In this document: positions 22,024 to 33,015 of the stretch, piece after piece
Layout of the letters: the number at the start of each line of letters is the position of its first letter
Position numbering within the stretch: position 1 is the stretch's first letter
From: Pseudomonadota bacterium
Lineage (GTDB): Bacteria; Pseudomonadota; Gammaproteobacteria; JAKAQQ01
Direction of reading: 5' to 3'
Assembly: GCA_021810635.1 (NCBI GenBank)
Contig: JAJZIH010000004.1
Location: 76,131-140,130 of the forward strand
DNA: 64,000 nt
Position numbers and translations under genes: made by a program
Notes under the pieces: generated by a model
The model's input: the letters and a program-made list of their open reading frames with translations, nothing else
Told to the model about the DNA's origin: nothing
Databases searched by the model: none

Positions 22024-22678
22024 CCCACAGGCCGGAATCGGGATGACTTCGCTGCGCGCCCGGGAGCGGCTCGTCCAGCGGCTGCGGGCGAGCGGCATTC
22101 ACGACGAACGGGTGCTGGCGCAGATCGCCGGCGTGCCCCGTCACTGGTTTGTCGATGAGGCGCTCTCCATCCGGGCCTATGAGGATACCGCGCTGCCGAT
22201 TGGGTATGGACAGACCATTTCGCAGCCATTGATCGTCGCCCGCATGAGCGAGGCCCTGGTGGCGGACGACCCACTCGACAGGGTCTTGGAAGTGGGCACC
22301 GGTTCCGGCTACCAAACCGCCATCCTGGCCGGCCTGTTTCGCGAGGTTTATTCGATCGAACGCATCCGCCCGCTGCATGACCGCGCCCGCGAAACCCTGT
22401 CACGGCTGGGGCTCCGCAATATCCGCCTGCATCATGGAGACGGGCTTGAGGGTTGGGCCAACGCCGGCAGTTGCTCCGCCATGCTGCTCGCGGCCGCCGT
22501 GCATCATGTTCCTGACTGCTTGCGGCACCAGCTCACGATCGGAGGCCGGCTGATCGCGCCCAAGATCACCCCCCGGGGCCAGCATCTCGTCTTCATCCGG
22601 CGGCTGGATGAGGTCCACTACCAGGAATCCGACCTCGGCCCGGTGGTCTTTGTCCGCTGCCGGAAAGGCCTCGAATGA
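22016..22678 (+). CDS. pcm: Protein-L-isoaspartate O-methyltransferase
   Basis: [12 protein letters not shown] and [16 protein letters not shown] (SAM motif); conserved synteny. Confidence 0.9.
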   Translation: MTDPQAGIGMTSLRARERLVQRLRASGIHDERVLAQIAGVPRHWFVDEALSIRAYEDTALPIGYGQTISQPLIVARMSEALVADDPLDRVLEVGTGSGYQTAILAGLFREVYSIERIRPLHDRARETLSRLGLRNIRLHHGDGLEGWANAGSCSAMLLAAAVHHVPDCLRHQLTIGGRLIAPKITPRGQHLVFIRRLDEVHYQESDLGPVVFVRCRKGLE

Positions 22679-23367
22679 AACGCCCGGCGCCGGGTTGCCG
22701 GTGGGCCGGGTTGCTGGGGCTTGCGGGTGGATTCATCCTGATGGCCGGATGTGCGAACTGGCTGCATTGGCCCCGCCCATCCGGGCCGGGAACGTATGTG
22801 GTCCGGCCGGGTGACACCCTCTATTCGATTGCCTGGCGCTATCGGCTGGATTACCGCCGGGTTGCGGCCCGCAACGGCATCGGGCCACCCTATCTCATTT
22901 ACCCGGGGGAACGCATCCGTCTCCACGGTGCGCGGCCGGTTCCGCTTCGCCCGACCCGCCGCATGGTCCGCCCGCCCCCCCTGGCCCAGCATCGGTATGG
23001 GGGAGTCTGGGTCTGGCCGGTCACCGGACCCTTGGTGGGATCTTTCTCCGGTCATGGCCTCAACGGAAGTGGGATCAACCTCGCGGGACAGAGCGGTGAA
23101 ACCGTGGTCGCCGCGCATGCCGGACGCGTGGTTTATGTCGGCAGTGGACTTCCGGGTTATGGACGCCTTATCATCATCCGCAACGACCCGGAGTATCTAA
23201 GTGCCTATGCGTTCAACCGGAAAATCATCGTCCAGGAGGGGATGATCGTGCAGGCGGGACAGCCGATTGCCCGGATGGGTGTGCGGCATGGCCAGGCGCT
23301 CCTTCATTTTGAAATCCGGCGGGACGGCGTGCCCATCAATCCCCTCACGTTGTTACCCCGCCGGTGA
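22675..23367 (+). CDS. nlpD: LysM/M23-family murein hydrolase activator lipoprotein NlpD
   Basis: Lipobox FILMAGC, a LysM domain (YVVRPGDTLYSIAWRY) and an M23 domain (GINLAGQSGETVVAAHAGRVVYVG...LHFEIRRDG.PINP). Confidence 0.85.
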   Translation: MKRPAPGCRWAGLLGLAGGFILMAGCANWLHWPRPSGPGTYVVRPGDTLYSIAWRYRLDYRRVAARNGIGPPYLIYPGERIRLHGARPVPLRPTRRMVRPPPLAQHRYGGVWVWPVTGPLVGSFSGHGLNGSGINLAGQSGETVVAAHAGRVVYVGSGLPGYGRLIIIRNDPEYLSAYAFNRKIIVQEGMIVQAGQPIARMGVRHGQALLHFEIRRDGVPINPLTLLPRR

Positions 23368-24320
23368 GCCAGAAAGACGGGTCCTGGATGGAAAAAGAAG
23401 ACCCACTGGACGAGGAGGCCTCCGGTCCGAAGGACCGATCAGCCGGAGGGGCGACGAGATCCCGGGAAGACAACTGGTCGGAAGAAGACTCGTTGAGCCT
23501 GGCTCGCCGGTATCTCAATGAAGTCGGCTTCCGCCCCCTGCTCACGGTCCAGGAGGAAGTGAACCTGAGCCGGCGCAGTCGTCAGGGAGATCTGACGGCC
23601 CGTCACCGTCTCATCGAGGGCAATCTCCGGCTGGTGATCAAGGTGGCCTTGCGGTATGTCGGGCGTGGGACACCGCTGATGGATCTCATCGAGGAAGGGA
23701 ACCTGGGGCTCATGCGTGCCGTGGAAGGGTTTGATGCCGAACGCGGGATCCGGTTTTCGACCTACGCGATGTTCTGGATCCGTCAGAGGATCGAAAAGGC
23801 CCTTTTCGAACAGCGGGGCGATGTCCGGATCCCGATCAACCGGGCGCGACAGGCCAGTTTGATGCTGCGCACCGAGCAAAAGCTCATCCAGCAACTGGGT
23901 CGGAAACCGACCCTGGAGGAGGTGGCGGTCGAGCTGGGGCGGGAGGCCAAGGAAGTCCGGACGATCCAGCGGTATGCCCACCAGCAGACTTCGCTGGATC
24001 AGCCGGTTGCCACGGAAACGGATCGTAACCTGGCGGATTTCATCGAAGACGAGACCTCGACCGATCCGATCGAGTTCCTGCACCGGCTGGGCGTTGAAAA
24101 CCTGCTCGACCAGTGGATGCAGGAGCTGGACCCCCAGTCCCGGACGGTCGTGCAGCGGCGATTCGGGTTTGCCGGAGGGGACAAGGAAACACTGGACCGG
24201 ATCGGCCGTTCGATGCGGCTGAACCCGGAGGCGGTGCGTCAGATTCAGATCCGGGCATTAAGCAAACTCAAGAAGCTCCTGGTGCGCGGAGGATTTTCAG
24301 CCTCGGCCTTGCTCGATTGA
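23364..24320 (+). CDS. rpoS: RNA polymerase sigma factor RpoS (sigma-38)
   Basis: Sigma-70 regions 1.2-4: LYLNEVG-type RYLNEVGFRPLLT, NLRLVIKVA.RY, DLIEEGNLGLMRAVE.FD, FSTYAMFWIRQ, RVRQIQ-type AVRQIQIRAL. Located after nlpD. The start (GTG 23364 or ATG 23388) is uncertain. Confidence 0.8.
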   Translation: MSQKDGSWMEKEDPLDEEASGPKDRSAGGATRSREDNWSEEDSLSLARRYLNEVGFRPLLTVQEEVNLSRRSRQGDLTARHRLIEGNLRLVIKVALRYVGRGTPLMDLIEEGNLGLMRAVEGFDAERGIRFSTYAMFWIRQRIEKALFEQRGDVRIPINRARQASLMLRTEQKLIQQLGRKPTLEEVAVELGREAKEVRTIQRYAHQQTSLDQPVATETDRNLADFIEDETSTDPIEFLHRLGVENLLDQWMQELDPQSRTVVQRRFGFAGGDKETLDRIGRSMRLNPEAVRQIQIRALSKLKKLLVRGGFSASALLD

Positions 24321-24710
24321 AGGGAGGGATGTCTCGGCCACCACCAAGGCCGCAACGACGTGTCTTCCGTCTGTGGCCAGGATATTGTAGGTTCGGCAGG
24401 CCGAAGCGGTGTTCATGACTTCGAGGCCGATGCGACGGGACAGAAGGTCGGCCACCAGCCGGGCCGGAGGAAAGATCAGAGCCGTCCCGCTGCCGATCAG
24501 GAGGACCTCCGGTTCCAGCGCGAGCGCCGGCTCGAGAAGTTCCAGCGAAAGGTTTTCGATCCGCTCCATCGGCCAGACGGTTTTGAGCGTCTGGGGAGAG
24601 ATGATGAGATTGTGGGTATGGCGCGTTTCGTTGACGTGTACGAAGCCCGCACCATAGCTCCGGATGAGATAATGAACCTCCTTGGCTGGCACGTCTTTGT
24701 CAATCAGCAT
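24297..24710 (-). CDS. Mth938-like (DUF498/NDUFAF3-like) domain protein
   Basis: 137 aa. EVLLIGSGTALIFPP...IGLEVMNTASACRTYNILATDGRHVVAAL matches the family pattern from memory. Confidence 0.65.
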   Translation of the reverse strand: MLIDKDVPAKEVHYLIRSYGAGFVHVNETRHTHNLIISPQTLKTVWPMERIENLSLELLEPALALEPEVLLIGSGTALIFPPARLVADLLSRRIGLEVMNTASACRTYNILATDGRHVVAALVVAETSLPSIEQGRG

Positions 24711-24811
24711 GGTCCGAAATTACCCCGAGCCTCGCAAGAACACAAGCCAGACTCGTGCCGGTTGCTTCCGAACCCGGCCGGGGGCGGGTTGATGAACAGC
24801 CAAGGGATCTT

Positions 24812-26566
24812 GTGACGCCCTCGCGATCGACCATCCGGCTGGTGCGGCCTGAGGGGCGGACCCGGGAGGCGGGCTGGCCCGGAGTCGCTCCGGTTCTTGA
24901 GCGGATCTATCGAGCGCGCGGGGTTCGGGGCCCCGGGGAGCTCGACTTGGCTTTGCGGGGCTTATGTGATCCGGCCCACATGCCCGGTCTCGCGGCGGCC
25001 GTGGATACCCTCGTGGCCCATCGGAAAGCCCCCGTTCTGATCGTCGGGGACTACGATACGGATGGAGCGAGTGCAACCGCCCTGGCTGTTCTGGGCCTGC
25101 GGGATCTGGGATGGGATCGGGTCCGCTACCTCGTTCCCAACCGCTTCCGGCATGGATATGGCCTGGCTCCGGCACTGGTCCGCGAGATTCTGGCCGATCC
25201 GCCCGCACTGTTGGTCACGGTTGACCAGGGAACCACCAGCATTGAAGGGATTGAACAGGCCCGCGCAGCCGGCCTGTCCGTGGTGGTGACGGATCATCAT
25301 CTGGCGGGTGCCCGACTGCCGCCGGCGTCGGCAATCGTGAACCCCAACCTGCCGGGATCGGCTTTCCCCGCACATGGCCTGGCGGGTGTGGGCGTGCTCT
25401 TCTACCTTCTGATTGCCTTGCGGGCTGCCCTGCGGAAAGGCCATGCGCTTCCTGACGAGCAGATCGCTCTGGCCCGATGGCTGGACCTGGTCGCGCTGGG
25501 GACCATGGCGGATCTGGTTCCTCTGGAACGAAACAACCGGATCCTGATTGCCCAGGGCTTGAGGCGGATCCGGGCTGGCGAGTGCCGGCCGGGGGTGCGG
25601 GCATTGCTCGCGGTTTCCCGTTGCGAGTGCAATCAGGTGACGGAGGAGGATCTGGCGTTTCGCCTGGCTCCGCGCCTCAATGCGGCCGGGCGCCTGGACG
25701 ACATGGGCCTTGGGGTGGAGTGCCTCCTCACCGAGGATCCAGCCCGCGCCTTGGATTTGGCGCGTCGGCTCGATGACATCAACCGCCAGCGCCGCGAACT
25801 GCAGGGTGCCACGGAAGAGGAGGCGTCCAGGTTTCTACAGGATGGGATGGAGGAAGATCCCGGCCAGTTGGCCTGCGTGCTCTACGAGCCCGACTGGCAC
25901 CTCGGCATCCTGGGGCTCGTCGCTTCCCGGTTCAAGGAACGCGTGCATCGTCCGGTTTTTGCCTTGGCCCGTGGTGCGGATGGGCGGATCCGCGGCTCGG
26001 CCCGTTCGATCCCTGGAATCCACATTCGTGATCTCTTGGTTGAATTGGATGTTCGGCATCCGGCGCTTTTCCACCAGTTCGGCGGTCATGCGATGGCGGC
26101 CGGGCTGACGCTGGCGCCCGATGTCGATGTCGGGGAGTTCCGACGGCATGTCCAGGATGTTTTGGAGCCTTACCGGACCCTCTGCCTCGGGGATCGGGAA
26201 ATCCGTTCGGACGGCGAGCTCGCCGTCGGGGAACTCACCCGGGAGACGGCAGTGGCCCTCGACCGGGGAGGGCCGTGGGGGAGCGGTTTCCCCAAGCCCC
26301 TGTTCGACGGCCGGTTTGTCCTCGAAACGGTCGACCAGCGGGGGGAACGCCACGTCCGGGTCCACCTGCGCGATCCGCGTGGGGGCGGGGTCTTTGCGGG
26401 GGTTGGATTCCCGCCTCTACCCGAACGCCTGGAGCCGGGGGCCGTCAGCCACTATCTGTTTTACCCGACGATCAATCATTACCGGGGAGGGGAAAACCTC
26501 GAGCTCCGGATCGTGGCCCAGTTCGCCCCGGACCAGGTTGAGCTCCTCGAACGTGATAAATTCTAG
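24812..26566 (+). CDS. recJ: Single-stranded-DNA-specific exonuclease RecJ
   Basis: DHH motifs: LIVGDYDTDGASATA, VVTDHH, GGHAMAAG. In-frame GTG at 24812 matches the E. coli N-terminal length; the track start is 24755. Confidence 0.9.
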   Translation: MTPSRSTIRLVRPEGRTREAGWPGVAPVLERIYRARGVRGPGELDLALRGLCDPAHMPGLAAAVDTLVAHRKAPVLIVGDYDTDGASATALAVLGLRDLGWDRVRYLVPNRFRHGYGLAPALVREILADPPALLVTVDQGTTSIEGIEQARAAGLSVVVTDHHLAGARLPPASAIVNPNLPGSAFPAHGLAGVGVLFYLLIALRAALRKGHALPDEQIALARWLDLVALGTMADLVPLERNNRILIAQGLRRIRAGECRPGVRALLAVSRCECNQVTEEDLAFRLAPRLNAAGRLDDMGLGVECLLTEDPARALDLARRLDDINRQRRELQGATEEEASRFLQDGMEEDPGQLACVLYEPDWHLGILGLVASRFKERVHRPVFALARGADGRIRGSARSIPGIHIRDLLVELDVRHPALFHQFGGHAMAAGLTLAPDVDVGEFRRHVQDVLEPYRTLCLGDREIRSDGELAVGELTRETAVALDRGGPWGSGFPKPLFDGRFVLETVDQRGERHVRVHLRDPRGGGVFAGVGFPPLPERLEPGAVSHYLFYPTINHYRGGENLELRIVAQFAPDQVELLERDKF

Positions 26567-26592
26567 GACCTCAAACCCTGCCGGGAGAAGCC

Positions 26593-27712
26593 GTGCGTCC
26601 GGATTCGGTGGAATCATCCAACCTGAAAGTGCGTCTGCAGGGCGCGGAGGCCCGTCTGCGGTCCCTTCGGAGGTCCCTTTGACTACGATCATCGTCGTGC
26701 CCGCTTGGAAGAGGTCGGACGGCTCATGGAAGCTTCGGACTTGTGGGACCACCGGGAGCAGGCCCTCGAACTGGGCCGGGAGCGGGCCCGGCTGGAGGCG
26801 ATGGTCCAGCCTTGGGATGAAATCGGAAAACAATACGGGGAGCTGTCGGAACTCTGGGATTTGATGCAGAGCGCAGAGCCCGACCCGGTTCTTTTGGAAT
26901 CCTGGGCCGGCGACCTTGCCGCTCTCGAGGAACGGATCCGGTCCCTTGAGTTCCAGGGCATGTTTTCCGGGGAAATGGATGCATCCAACGCGTTTCTGGA
27001 CGTTCAGGCCGGGGCTGGTGGAACGGAGGCGCAGGACTGGGCGCAGATGCTCATCCGGATGTATCTCCGGTGGGCAGACCGGCACGGCTTTCGGACGGAA
27101 ATGGTCGAGGAGACGGCTGGAGACGTGGCGGGGATCAAGGGAGCCACGGTGCGCGTCGTGGGCCCGTATGCCTACGGCTGGCTGCGTACCGAGACCGGGG
27201 TGCACCGGCTGGTTCGCAAGTCCCCGTTTGATTCCGGGAACCGCCGGCATACCTCCTTTGCCGGAGTTTTCGTGTCTCCCGAAGTCGATGATTCGATCGA
27301 GATTGCCATCAACCCGGCCGATCTCGAGATCGATACCTTCCGGGCCAGCGGGGCTGGCGGCCAGCATGTCAACCGGACCGAATCGGCGATCCGGATTACC
27401 CATCGTCCGACGGGCATCGTGGTGGCCTGTCAGAGCGATCGCTCCCAGCATAAAAACCGGGCAACGGCCATGAAGCGGTTGCGGGCCCGGCTCTACGAGC
27501 GGGCCCTCCACGAAAAGCAGGAAGCACTCCGGGCCATTGAGGCCGGGAAGAGCGATATCGACTTTGGGAGCCAGATCCGCTCCTATGTCCTTGACCAGTC
27601 CCGCATCAAGGATCTGAGAACCGGAGTTGAGGTGGCGACGCCGCAGAGCGTACTGGACGGTGACCTCGATATTTTTTTGATGGCCAGTTTGCAACAGGAG
27701 GATCACCCGTGA
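26593..27712 (+). CDS. prfB: Peptide chain release factor 2, requiring a programmed +1 frameshift at 26680
   Basis: Frame 0 runs from GTG 26593 (GGGAG upstream): [29 protein letters not shown], then TGA at 26680-26682. The +1 frame continues [15 protein letters not shown]... through SPF (KSPFDSG) and GGQ (SGAGGQHVN). The track lists only the downstream frame (26705..27712). Confidence 0.9.
26669..26683 (+). promoter_or_regulatory. prfB +1 recoding site: internal SD GGAGG, 3-nt spacer, CTT TGA C
   Basis: The sequence GGAGG TCC CTT TGA C is read directly. It has the same architecture as the E. coli prfB site (AGGGGG UAU CUU UGA C). Confidence 0.85.
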
Positions 27713-29220
27713 ACCCACCGAATGCCTCCGTCGGAGAAGAGGGCCGCCTCATTGCCCAGCGGCGCGAGAAGCTCGCCGCTTGCCGTCGCCAGGGATTCGA
27801 CTATCCCAACCACTTTGCCCGCAATGCGCATGCCGGCGAACTGGTCGCGCTCTATGGGGACTGGGCCCCCGCGGCCCTTGAAGGCCGGGGGATTGAAGTG
27901 GCGGTTGCCGGGCGCCTCATGGCCCGTCGCCTCATGGGACGCGCCGCTTTTGCCGATCTCCGGGATTTTTCCGGCACGATCCAGATCTACTGCCGCAGTG
28001 ACCCGGAAGGAGATGGAAACAGAAACCGGAATGCTCTGGAGGAGTTGGATATTGGAGACCTGGTCGGCGTGACCGGCTCGTTGATGAAAACCCGAACGGG
28101 CGAACTGACCATTCAGGCCGGGGGCATCACCCTCCTTTCCAAGAACCTGAGACCTCTCCCGGAAAAATATCACGGCCTGGTGGATCCGGAACAACGTTAC
28201 CGGCGACGGTATGTGGACCTCATCATGAACGAGGAAACCCGGCGCGTTTTCCTGCGGAGGAGCCAGATCGTGACCCACCTCCGGCGTTACCTGGACACCC
28301 TCGGATTCCTGGAAGTCGAAACCCCCATGATGCATCCCCTGCCGGGCGGGGCGATGGCCCGCCCTTTCGTGACACACCACCATGCCCTTGACTTGGATCT
28401 TTTTCTCCGGGTGGCTCCGGAACTGTACCTCAAGCGACTGGTCGTCGGGGGCTTTGAACGGGTCTATGAAATTAACCGGAACTTCCGCAATGAGGGGATT
28501 TCCACCCGGCACAACCCTGAGTTCACGATGCTTGAACTCTACCAGGCTTACGCCACCGCCAACGAGATGATGGCATTGACCGAGCAGCTGGTCCGCAGTG
28601 CGGCCGAGCAGGTGATGGGTCAGGATCGGGTGACCGTGGATTCGCGCGAGCTCGACCTGGCTCCACCCTTCGCCCGGAAGACCGTGGTGGAACTCGTGGC
28701 GGAATACAATTCCGGCCTCGAGCCTTCGCGGTTGCGCGATGCTGGGTACCTGGTCCAGGTGATGACCGCCCGTGGGGCCCAACCCCAACCCCACTCCCAC
28801 GCCAAGGAGGCGGGGACCTTGTTGATGGAGCTTTTCGAAGAGACGGTCGAGCCGCATCTTTGGGATCCCGTTTTTGTGACCGACTATCCGCTTGCGGTTT
28901 CTCCCCTGGCCCGGCGGGCGGCGGATCCCTTTTTTGCCGACCGGTTTGAACTGTATATTGGAGGCCGCGAGATGGCCAACGGATTTTCGGAACTCAATGA
29001 CCCGGAAGAACAGGCCGATCGTTTCCGGTCCCAGCTCAAGGCGCGACAGGCCGGTGAGGAAGAGGCGATGAGCTTCGATCAGGACTACATCGAAGCCCTC
29101 GAATACGGGATGCCTCCCACGGGAGGACTCGGCGTCGGCATTGACCGTCTGGTCATGCTGCTCACCGGTCGGTCTTCGATTCGTGAAGTCCTCCTCTTCC
29201 CTTTGCTCAAGCCGGCCTGA
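27709..29220 (+). CDS. lysS: Lysine--tRNA ligase (class II)
   Basis: 503 aa. Motifs: [45 protein letters not shown] overlap with prfB (conserved prfB-lysS operon). Confidence 0.95.
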   Translation: MNPPNASVGEEGRLIAQRREKLAACRRQGFDYPNHFARNAHAGELVALYGDWAPAALEGRGIEVAVAGRLMARRLMGRAAFADLRDFSGTIQIYCRSDPEGDGNRNRNALEELDIGDLVGVTGSLMKTRTGELTIQAGGITLLSKNLRPLPEKYHGLVDPEQRYRRRYVDLIMNEETRRVFLRRSQIVTHLRRYLDTLGFLEVETPMMHPLPGGAMARPFVTHHHALDLDLFLRVAPELYLKRLVVGGFERVYEINRNFRNEGISTRHNPEFTMLELYQAYATANEMMALTEQLVRSAAEQVMGQDRVTVDSRELDLAPPFARKTVVELVAEYNSGLEPSRLRDAGYLVQVMTARGAQPQPHSHAKEAGTLLMELFEETVEPHLWDPVFVTDYPLAVSPLARRAADPFFADRFELYIGGREMANGFSELNDPEEQADRFRSQLKARQAGEEEAMSFDQDYIEALEYGMPPTGGLGVGIDRLVMLLTGRSSIREVLLFPLLKPA

Positions 29221-30151
29221 AGACCCGCAAGACCCGCCCGCCGAACGCCTCCGGGGACCGGTCCAGTGCCTCCTCGGCGACCACCGCCTGGGTCCAGATG
29301 CCGACCCCGGGGAGACTGGCACTGTCCAGCACGGTTCCCGCCGCTTCCCCCGGCCCGTCCGCCATGAGGAGGGAGCCCGGCTTGTGGGTCGTACCCGTTT
29401 CGATGAGGATGAGGCACCTTTTGATGCGCCCGCGGTATTCCGTCCGCGCAACGATCTCCTGGCCTGGATAGCACCCCTTGTGCAGGGATACCGCTCCGAT
29501 TCCGGTCAGATGGAGGGCGTGGGGGACGAACAATCCGCTGGTTTCCGCAAGAATGCGGGGGATCCCGAGCCAAAAATCGGTCATTGGCCACAAGGGATCG
29601 GATCCGGAACCCAGGGCGGGCCCGGGATCCGGAGGCGGGCCGAGAACCAGATGACGGTTGAGGGGAAAACCGGGCGGATCGAGACCGAGGAGCGAATGGG
29701 TGGGGGCCAATGACGGGTGGCTCCACTCCTGATCCGGCATCCCCCAGCCGCCCATGACCCGCCCCGCGTTTCCGACTTCGAGTCGGACCCGGCTGCGCAG
29801 CACATACCGCTGGAGCTGATCGTGCACCCGGGGCGCGAGATCGGATTCGAGGAGGAGGACAACCGCATCGGGGTGGACCACGACGCGGAACAGCCCAATC
29901 ACCCGGCCCTGGGCCTGGCACAAGGCCGCCCAGCAGGACCGGGGGGGGTGGGCGGGATCGGGATCAATCTGCTGGGTCAGGAGACGGTTCAGAAAGTCGA
30001 CGCGATCCGCCCCGGTCACCCGGAGCGTTGTGAGCGGCAACTGCGTGAGGCATCCCGCCTGCGCCCGCAGTCGGGATTCAAATTCGGAAGGCCACTTCAT
30101 TTCGGTTCCCGGCGGCAGCGCATGGAGCAGGGTCAGTTTTCCCACGGCCAT
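29207..30151 (-). CDS. ygfZ: Folate-binding Fe-S cluster repair / tRNA-modification protein YgfZ
   Basis: GcvT-like fold with the signature [12 protein letters not shown] and [20 protein letters not shown]. The start is uncertain (ATG 30151 or ATG 30100); the track start at 30322 is rejected. Confidence 0.75.
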   Translation of the reverse strand: MAVGKLTLLHALPPGTEMKWPSEFESRLRAQAGCLTQLPLTTLRVTGADRVDFLNRLLTQQIDPDPAHPPRSCWAALCQAQGRVIGLFRVVVHPDAVVLLLESDLAPRVHDQLQRYVLRSRVRLEVGNAGRVMGGWGMPDQEWSHPSLAPTHSLLGLDPPGFPLNRHLVLGPPPDPGPALGSGSDPLWPMTDFWLGIPRILAETSGLFVPHALHLTGIGAVSLHKGCYPGQEIVARTEYRGRIKRCLILIETGTTHKPGSLLMADGPGEAAGTVLDSASLPGVGIWTQAVVAEEALDRSPEAFGGRVLRVFRPA

Positions 30152-30185
30152 TATCGGTCTGGCCTGAATCGGATACAATGAGCGG

Positions 30186-30401
30186 GTGAAAACCCCGCCT
30201 GAGAACCGTCTGGACGGTCCGGATACAACCGGGGCGAATCCGACTGGCGAGAACGGTCCGGCGCCGGGTGCCCCGGACTCTTCCCGGTCCCCTGAAACAC
30301 CGTCCGCCCGCCTTTCCCACAAGGAACGGGGGGGGCCGAAAGGTCCCGAGCCGACCCGGTATGGCGATTGGGAGCGGGATGGGCGCTGTATCGATTTCTA
30401 G
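30186..30401 (+). CDS. DUF1674 (SDHAF4/Sdh8-like) small protein
   Basis: 71 aa, disordered, ending in the family signature GGPKGPEPTRYGDWERDGRCIDF. Lies 18 nt upstream of sdhC on the same strand. Confidence 0.65.
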   Translation: MKTPPENRLDGPDTTGANPTGENGPAPGAPDSSRSPETPSARLSHKERGGPKGPEPTRYGDWERDGRCIDF

Positions 30402-30419
30402 GCCCAGCGAGGAGACCCG

Positions 30420-30800
30420 ATGACCTCTCCCGATCGTCCGCTGTCCCCCCATTTGCAAATCTACCGCTGGCAGATCACGTCGGTGTTGTCGATTCTGCAC
30501 CGCCTGACCGGGCTCTGGCTCGGCGTGGGTCTGCTCGCCCTTTCGGTTGCGATCTGGCTGGTGGGCGTTGCTCCGGCCGCCTACCGGATTTACGCGCATT
30601 TCCTAGCCTCGCCGGTGGGTCTGATTCTCCTGGTCAGCTGGAGCTTCTGCTTTTTCTACCACTTGCTGAACGGGATCCGGCACCTGTTCTGGGATATGGG
30701 CCACGGATTTGCCATCGCCGACTTCTACCGGTCCGGGTGGCTGGTCGTCGTGGGCAGCGTTCTGCTGGTTCTCGTGGCGTGGGGACTGGTGCTCTACTGA
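30420..30800 (+). CDS. sdhC: Succinate dehydrogenase cytochrome b556 subunit
   Basis: 126 aa with 3 TM helices. Motifs: RPLSPHLQIYRW, SILHRLTG, HLLNGIRHL.WD. Confidence 0.85.
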   Translation: MTSPDRPLSPHLQIYRWQITSVLSILHRLTGLWLGVGLLALSVAIWLVGVAPAAYRIYAHFLASPVGLILLVSWSFCFFYHLLNGIRHLFWDMGHGFAIADFYRSGWLVVVGSVLLVLVAWGLVLY

Positions 30801-30820
30801 ACTTTAAGAGGGTTCATGCG

Positions 30821-31207
30821 ATGTCAGAGACACGTTCCCCGTACAAGCAGGCAGTCGGTCTGGGGGCCGCCCATCGCGGGTCCGGAGTTTGGCTGGCCCA
30901 GCGGCTTACGGCCGTGGCCCTGATTCCCCTTCTGGGCTGGTTTGTCTGGGGACTGTTCGCGCATCTCTTGGCCGGACGGGATGTCCTGATCCACTGGCTT
31001 GCGGCCCCTGGAGTCGGGATTTTCGCCTCCCTGGCCCTGGGAGCGACCTGCTACCACGCCTATCTCGGTGTCCGGGTGGTCATTGAAGACTACGTGCATG
31101 CGCCGACCTCACGCTGGTTTCTCCTGATTGCCGTCCGCTTCCTGTCCTTGGGAGTCGCGTTTGCCGATGTTTTCATGATTCTTCGACTGTCGATGAGGAG
31201 TTTCTGA
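30821..31207 (+). CDS. sdhD: Succinate dehydrogenase hydrophobic membrane anchor subunit
   Basis: ATG 30821 (AGAGGG upstream) gives 128 aa with 3 TM helices and [13 protein letters not shown]. It lies inside track ORF 30368..31207, whose 5' part is out-of-gene. Confidence 0.8.
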   Translation: MSETRSPYKQAVGLGAAHRGSGVWLAQRLTAVALIPLLGWFVWGLFAHLLAGRDVLIHWLAAPGVGIFASLALGATCYHAYLGVRVVIEDYVHAPTSRWFLLIAVRFLSLGVAFADVFMILRLSMRSF

Positions 31208-32994
31208 TGGCCCGAGCCTATCCCCTGGTCGAACACGAATACGATGTTCTGGTGATTGGGGCCGGAGGCTCCGGACTGCGGGCCTGTGTCGGACTGGCGG
31301 AAGCCGGACTCAAGACGGCCTGCCTGACCAAGGTCTTTCCGACGCGCAGCCATACGGTCGCGGCACAGGGTGGAATCAGTGCGGCGCTCGGCAACATGGG
31401 GGAAGATCACTGGAGCTGGCACATGTACGATACGGTCAAGGGATCGGACTGGCTCGGTGACCAGGATGCCATCGAGTACATGTGCCGTGAGGCCATCCCC
31501 TCCGTCATCGAGCTTGAACATTACGGACTTCCGTTTTCGCGTCTCGAAAACGGGAAGATCTTTCAACGGGCGTTTGGCGGAATGACCACCCGCTTTGGCG
31601 AGGGGACGGCCCAGCGCACCTGTGCCGCCGCCGACCGGACGGGACATGCGATGCTGCATACCCTTTACCAGCAGGCGATCAAGCATGGGGTCGAGTTCGC
31701 CGTCGAGTATTACGCCATTGACCTTCTGGCCGACCCGGAGGGAGTCTTCGGCGCACTGGCTTGGGATCTGTCCCAAGGGACCTTGCATCTGTTTCGGGCC
31801 CAGACGACGATCCTGGCCACGGGAGGCTATGGACGGGCTTATTTTTCATGTACTTCTGCCCATACCTGTACCGGCGATGGAAACGGTATGGTGGCCCGGG
31901 CCGGCTACCCGCTGCAGGACATGGAGTTCGTCCAGTTTCACCCGACCGGGATCTATGGGGCGGGCTGCCTCATCACCGAGGGGGCACGGGGCGAGGGTGG
32001 TTATCTCACCAATGCGCAGGGTGAGCGTTTCATGGAGCGCTATGCTCCCCATGCCAAGGATCTGGCCTCCCGGGATGTGGTGTCCCGGGCCATTACGATC
32101 GAGATCCGCGAAGGCCACGGGGTGGGCCCCCGTCGCGATCACGTGGATTTACATCTTGAACATCTGGGGGCGGATATCCTCCATCACCATCTGCCCGGGA
32201 TTACGGAAACCGCGCGGATTTTCGCTGGAGTCGACGCCAGCCGCGAGCCGATCCCGGTGTTGCCGACCGTCCACTACAACATGGGCGGCATTCCAACGGA
32301 TCTGCATGCCCAGGCACTGACTCTGGACGCGCAGGGGCAGCCGACCCCGGTCCCCGGACTCATGGCCGTGGGGGAGACCGCCTGCGTTTCCGTGCATGGC
32401 GCAAATCGGCTAGGCTCCAATTCCCTGCTGGACCTCATGGTTTTTGGTCGTGCCGCAGCGCTCCACTGCCAAAACACTTTGGTTCGGGAGCACCGTCTCC
32501 GACCCGTCCCTGGTGGGGTGGTCGATCGGGTGCTCGACCGGTTTGACCGGCTCCGTCATGCCGCAGGGTCCGAACCGACCGCCCACCTGCGTGAGCGCAT
32601 GCAAAAAACCATGCAAAACGAAGCCTCGGTCTTCAGGACCGGGGACACCCTGAACCAAGCCCGCAAAGCCCTGGGCGAAATCTGGGAAGCCTCGGCCGAC
32701 CTCAGAATCCAGGATCATTCCCTCATCTGGAACTCGGATTTGGCCGAAACCCTGGAGTTCGAGAATCTCCTGGCCTGTGCCCTGACCACCGTGACCGGAG
32801 CCCTGATGCGAACGGAATCCCGCGGCAGCCATGCCCGCGAGGATTTCCCGGACCGGGATGACCTGCACTGGCTCAAACATTCGCTGATCTGGCTGGATGG
32901 GGCGGGGCAGACCCGGGTGGCGTACCGGCCGGTCAACCTCAAGCCGCTAACCGGCGAGGTCACCTCGATTCCCCCAAAACCACGGGTGTATTAA
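31207..32994 (+). CDS. sdhA: Succinate dehydrogenase flavoprotein subunit
   Basis: 595 aa. Motifs: [25 protein letters not shown] (FAD-His), FHPTG, HGANRLG.NSL. ATGA overlap with sdhD. Confidence 0.95.
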   Translation: MARAYPLVEHEYDVLVIGAGGSGLRACVGLAEAGLKTACLTKVFPTRSHTVAAQGGISAALGNMGEDHWSWHMYDTVKGSDWLGDQDAIEYMCREAIPSVIELEHYGLPFSRLENGKIFQRAFGGMTTRFGEGTAQRTCAAADRTGHAMLHTLYQQAIKHGVEFAVEYYAIDLLADPEGVFGALAWDLSQGTLHLFRAQTTILATGGYGRAYFSCTSAHTCTGDGNGMVARAGYPLQDMEFVQFHPTGIYGAGCLITEGARGEGGYLTNAQGERFMERYAPHAKDLASRDVVSRAITIEIREGHGVGPRRDHVDLHLEHLGADILHHHLPGITETARIFAGVDASREPIPVLPTVHYNMGGIPTDLHAQALTLDAQGQPTPVPGLMAVGETACVSVHGANRLGSNSLLDLMVFGRAAALHCQNTLVREHRLRPVPGGVVDRVLDRFDRLRHAAGSEPTAHLRERMQKTMQNEASVFRTGDTLNQARKALGEIWEASADLRIQDHSLIWNSDLAETLEFENLLACALTTVTGALMRTESRGSHAREDFPDRDDLHWLKHSLIWLDGAGQTRVAYRPVNLKPLTGEVTSIPPKPRVY

Positions 32995-33015
32995 TCCCCC
33001 GTCTGACGGAGACTG

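Noticed and set aside
26417-27718. 433-aa minus-strand ORF
   Set aside because: It is antisense to the recJ 3' end and prfB, and is a shadow ORF.
27703-29451. 582-aa minus-strand ORF
   Set aside because: It is antisense to lysS, which has unmistakable class II synthetase motifs. Its composition is Gly/Arg/Pro-rich with no recognisable domain.
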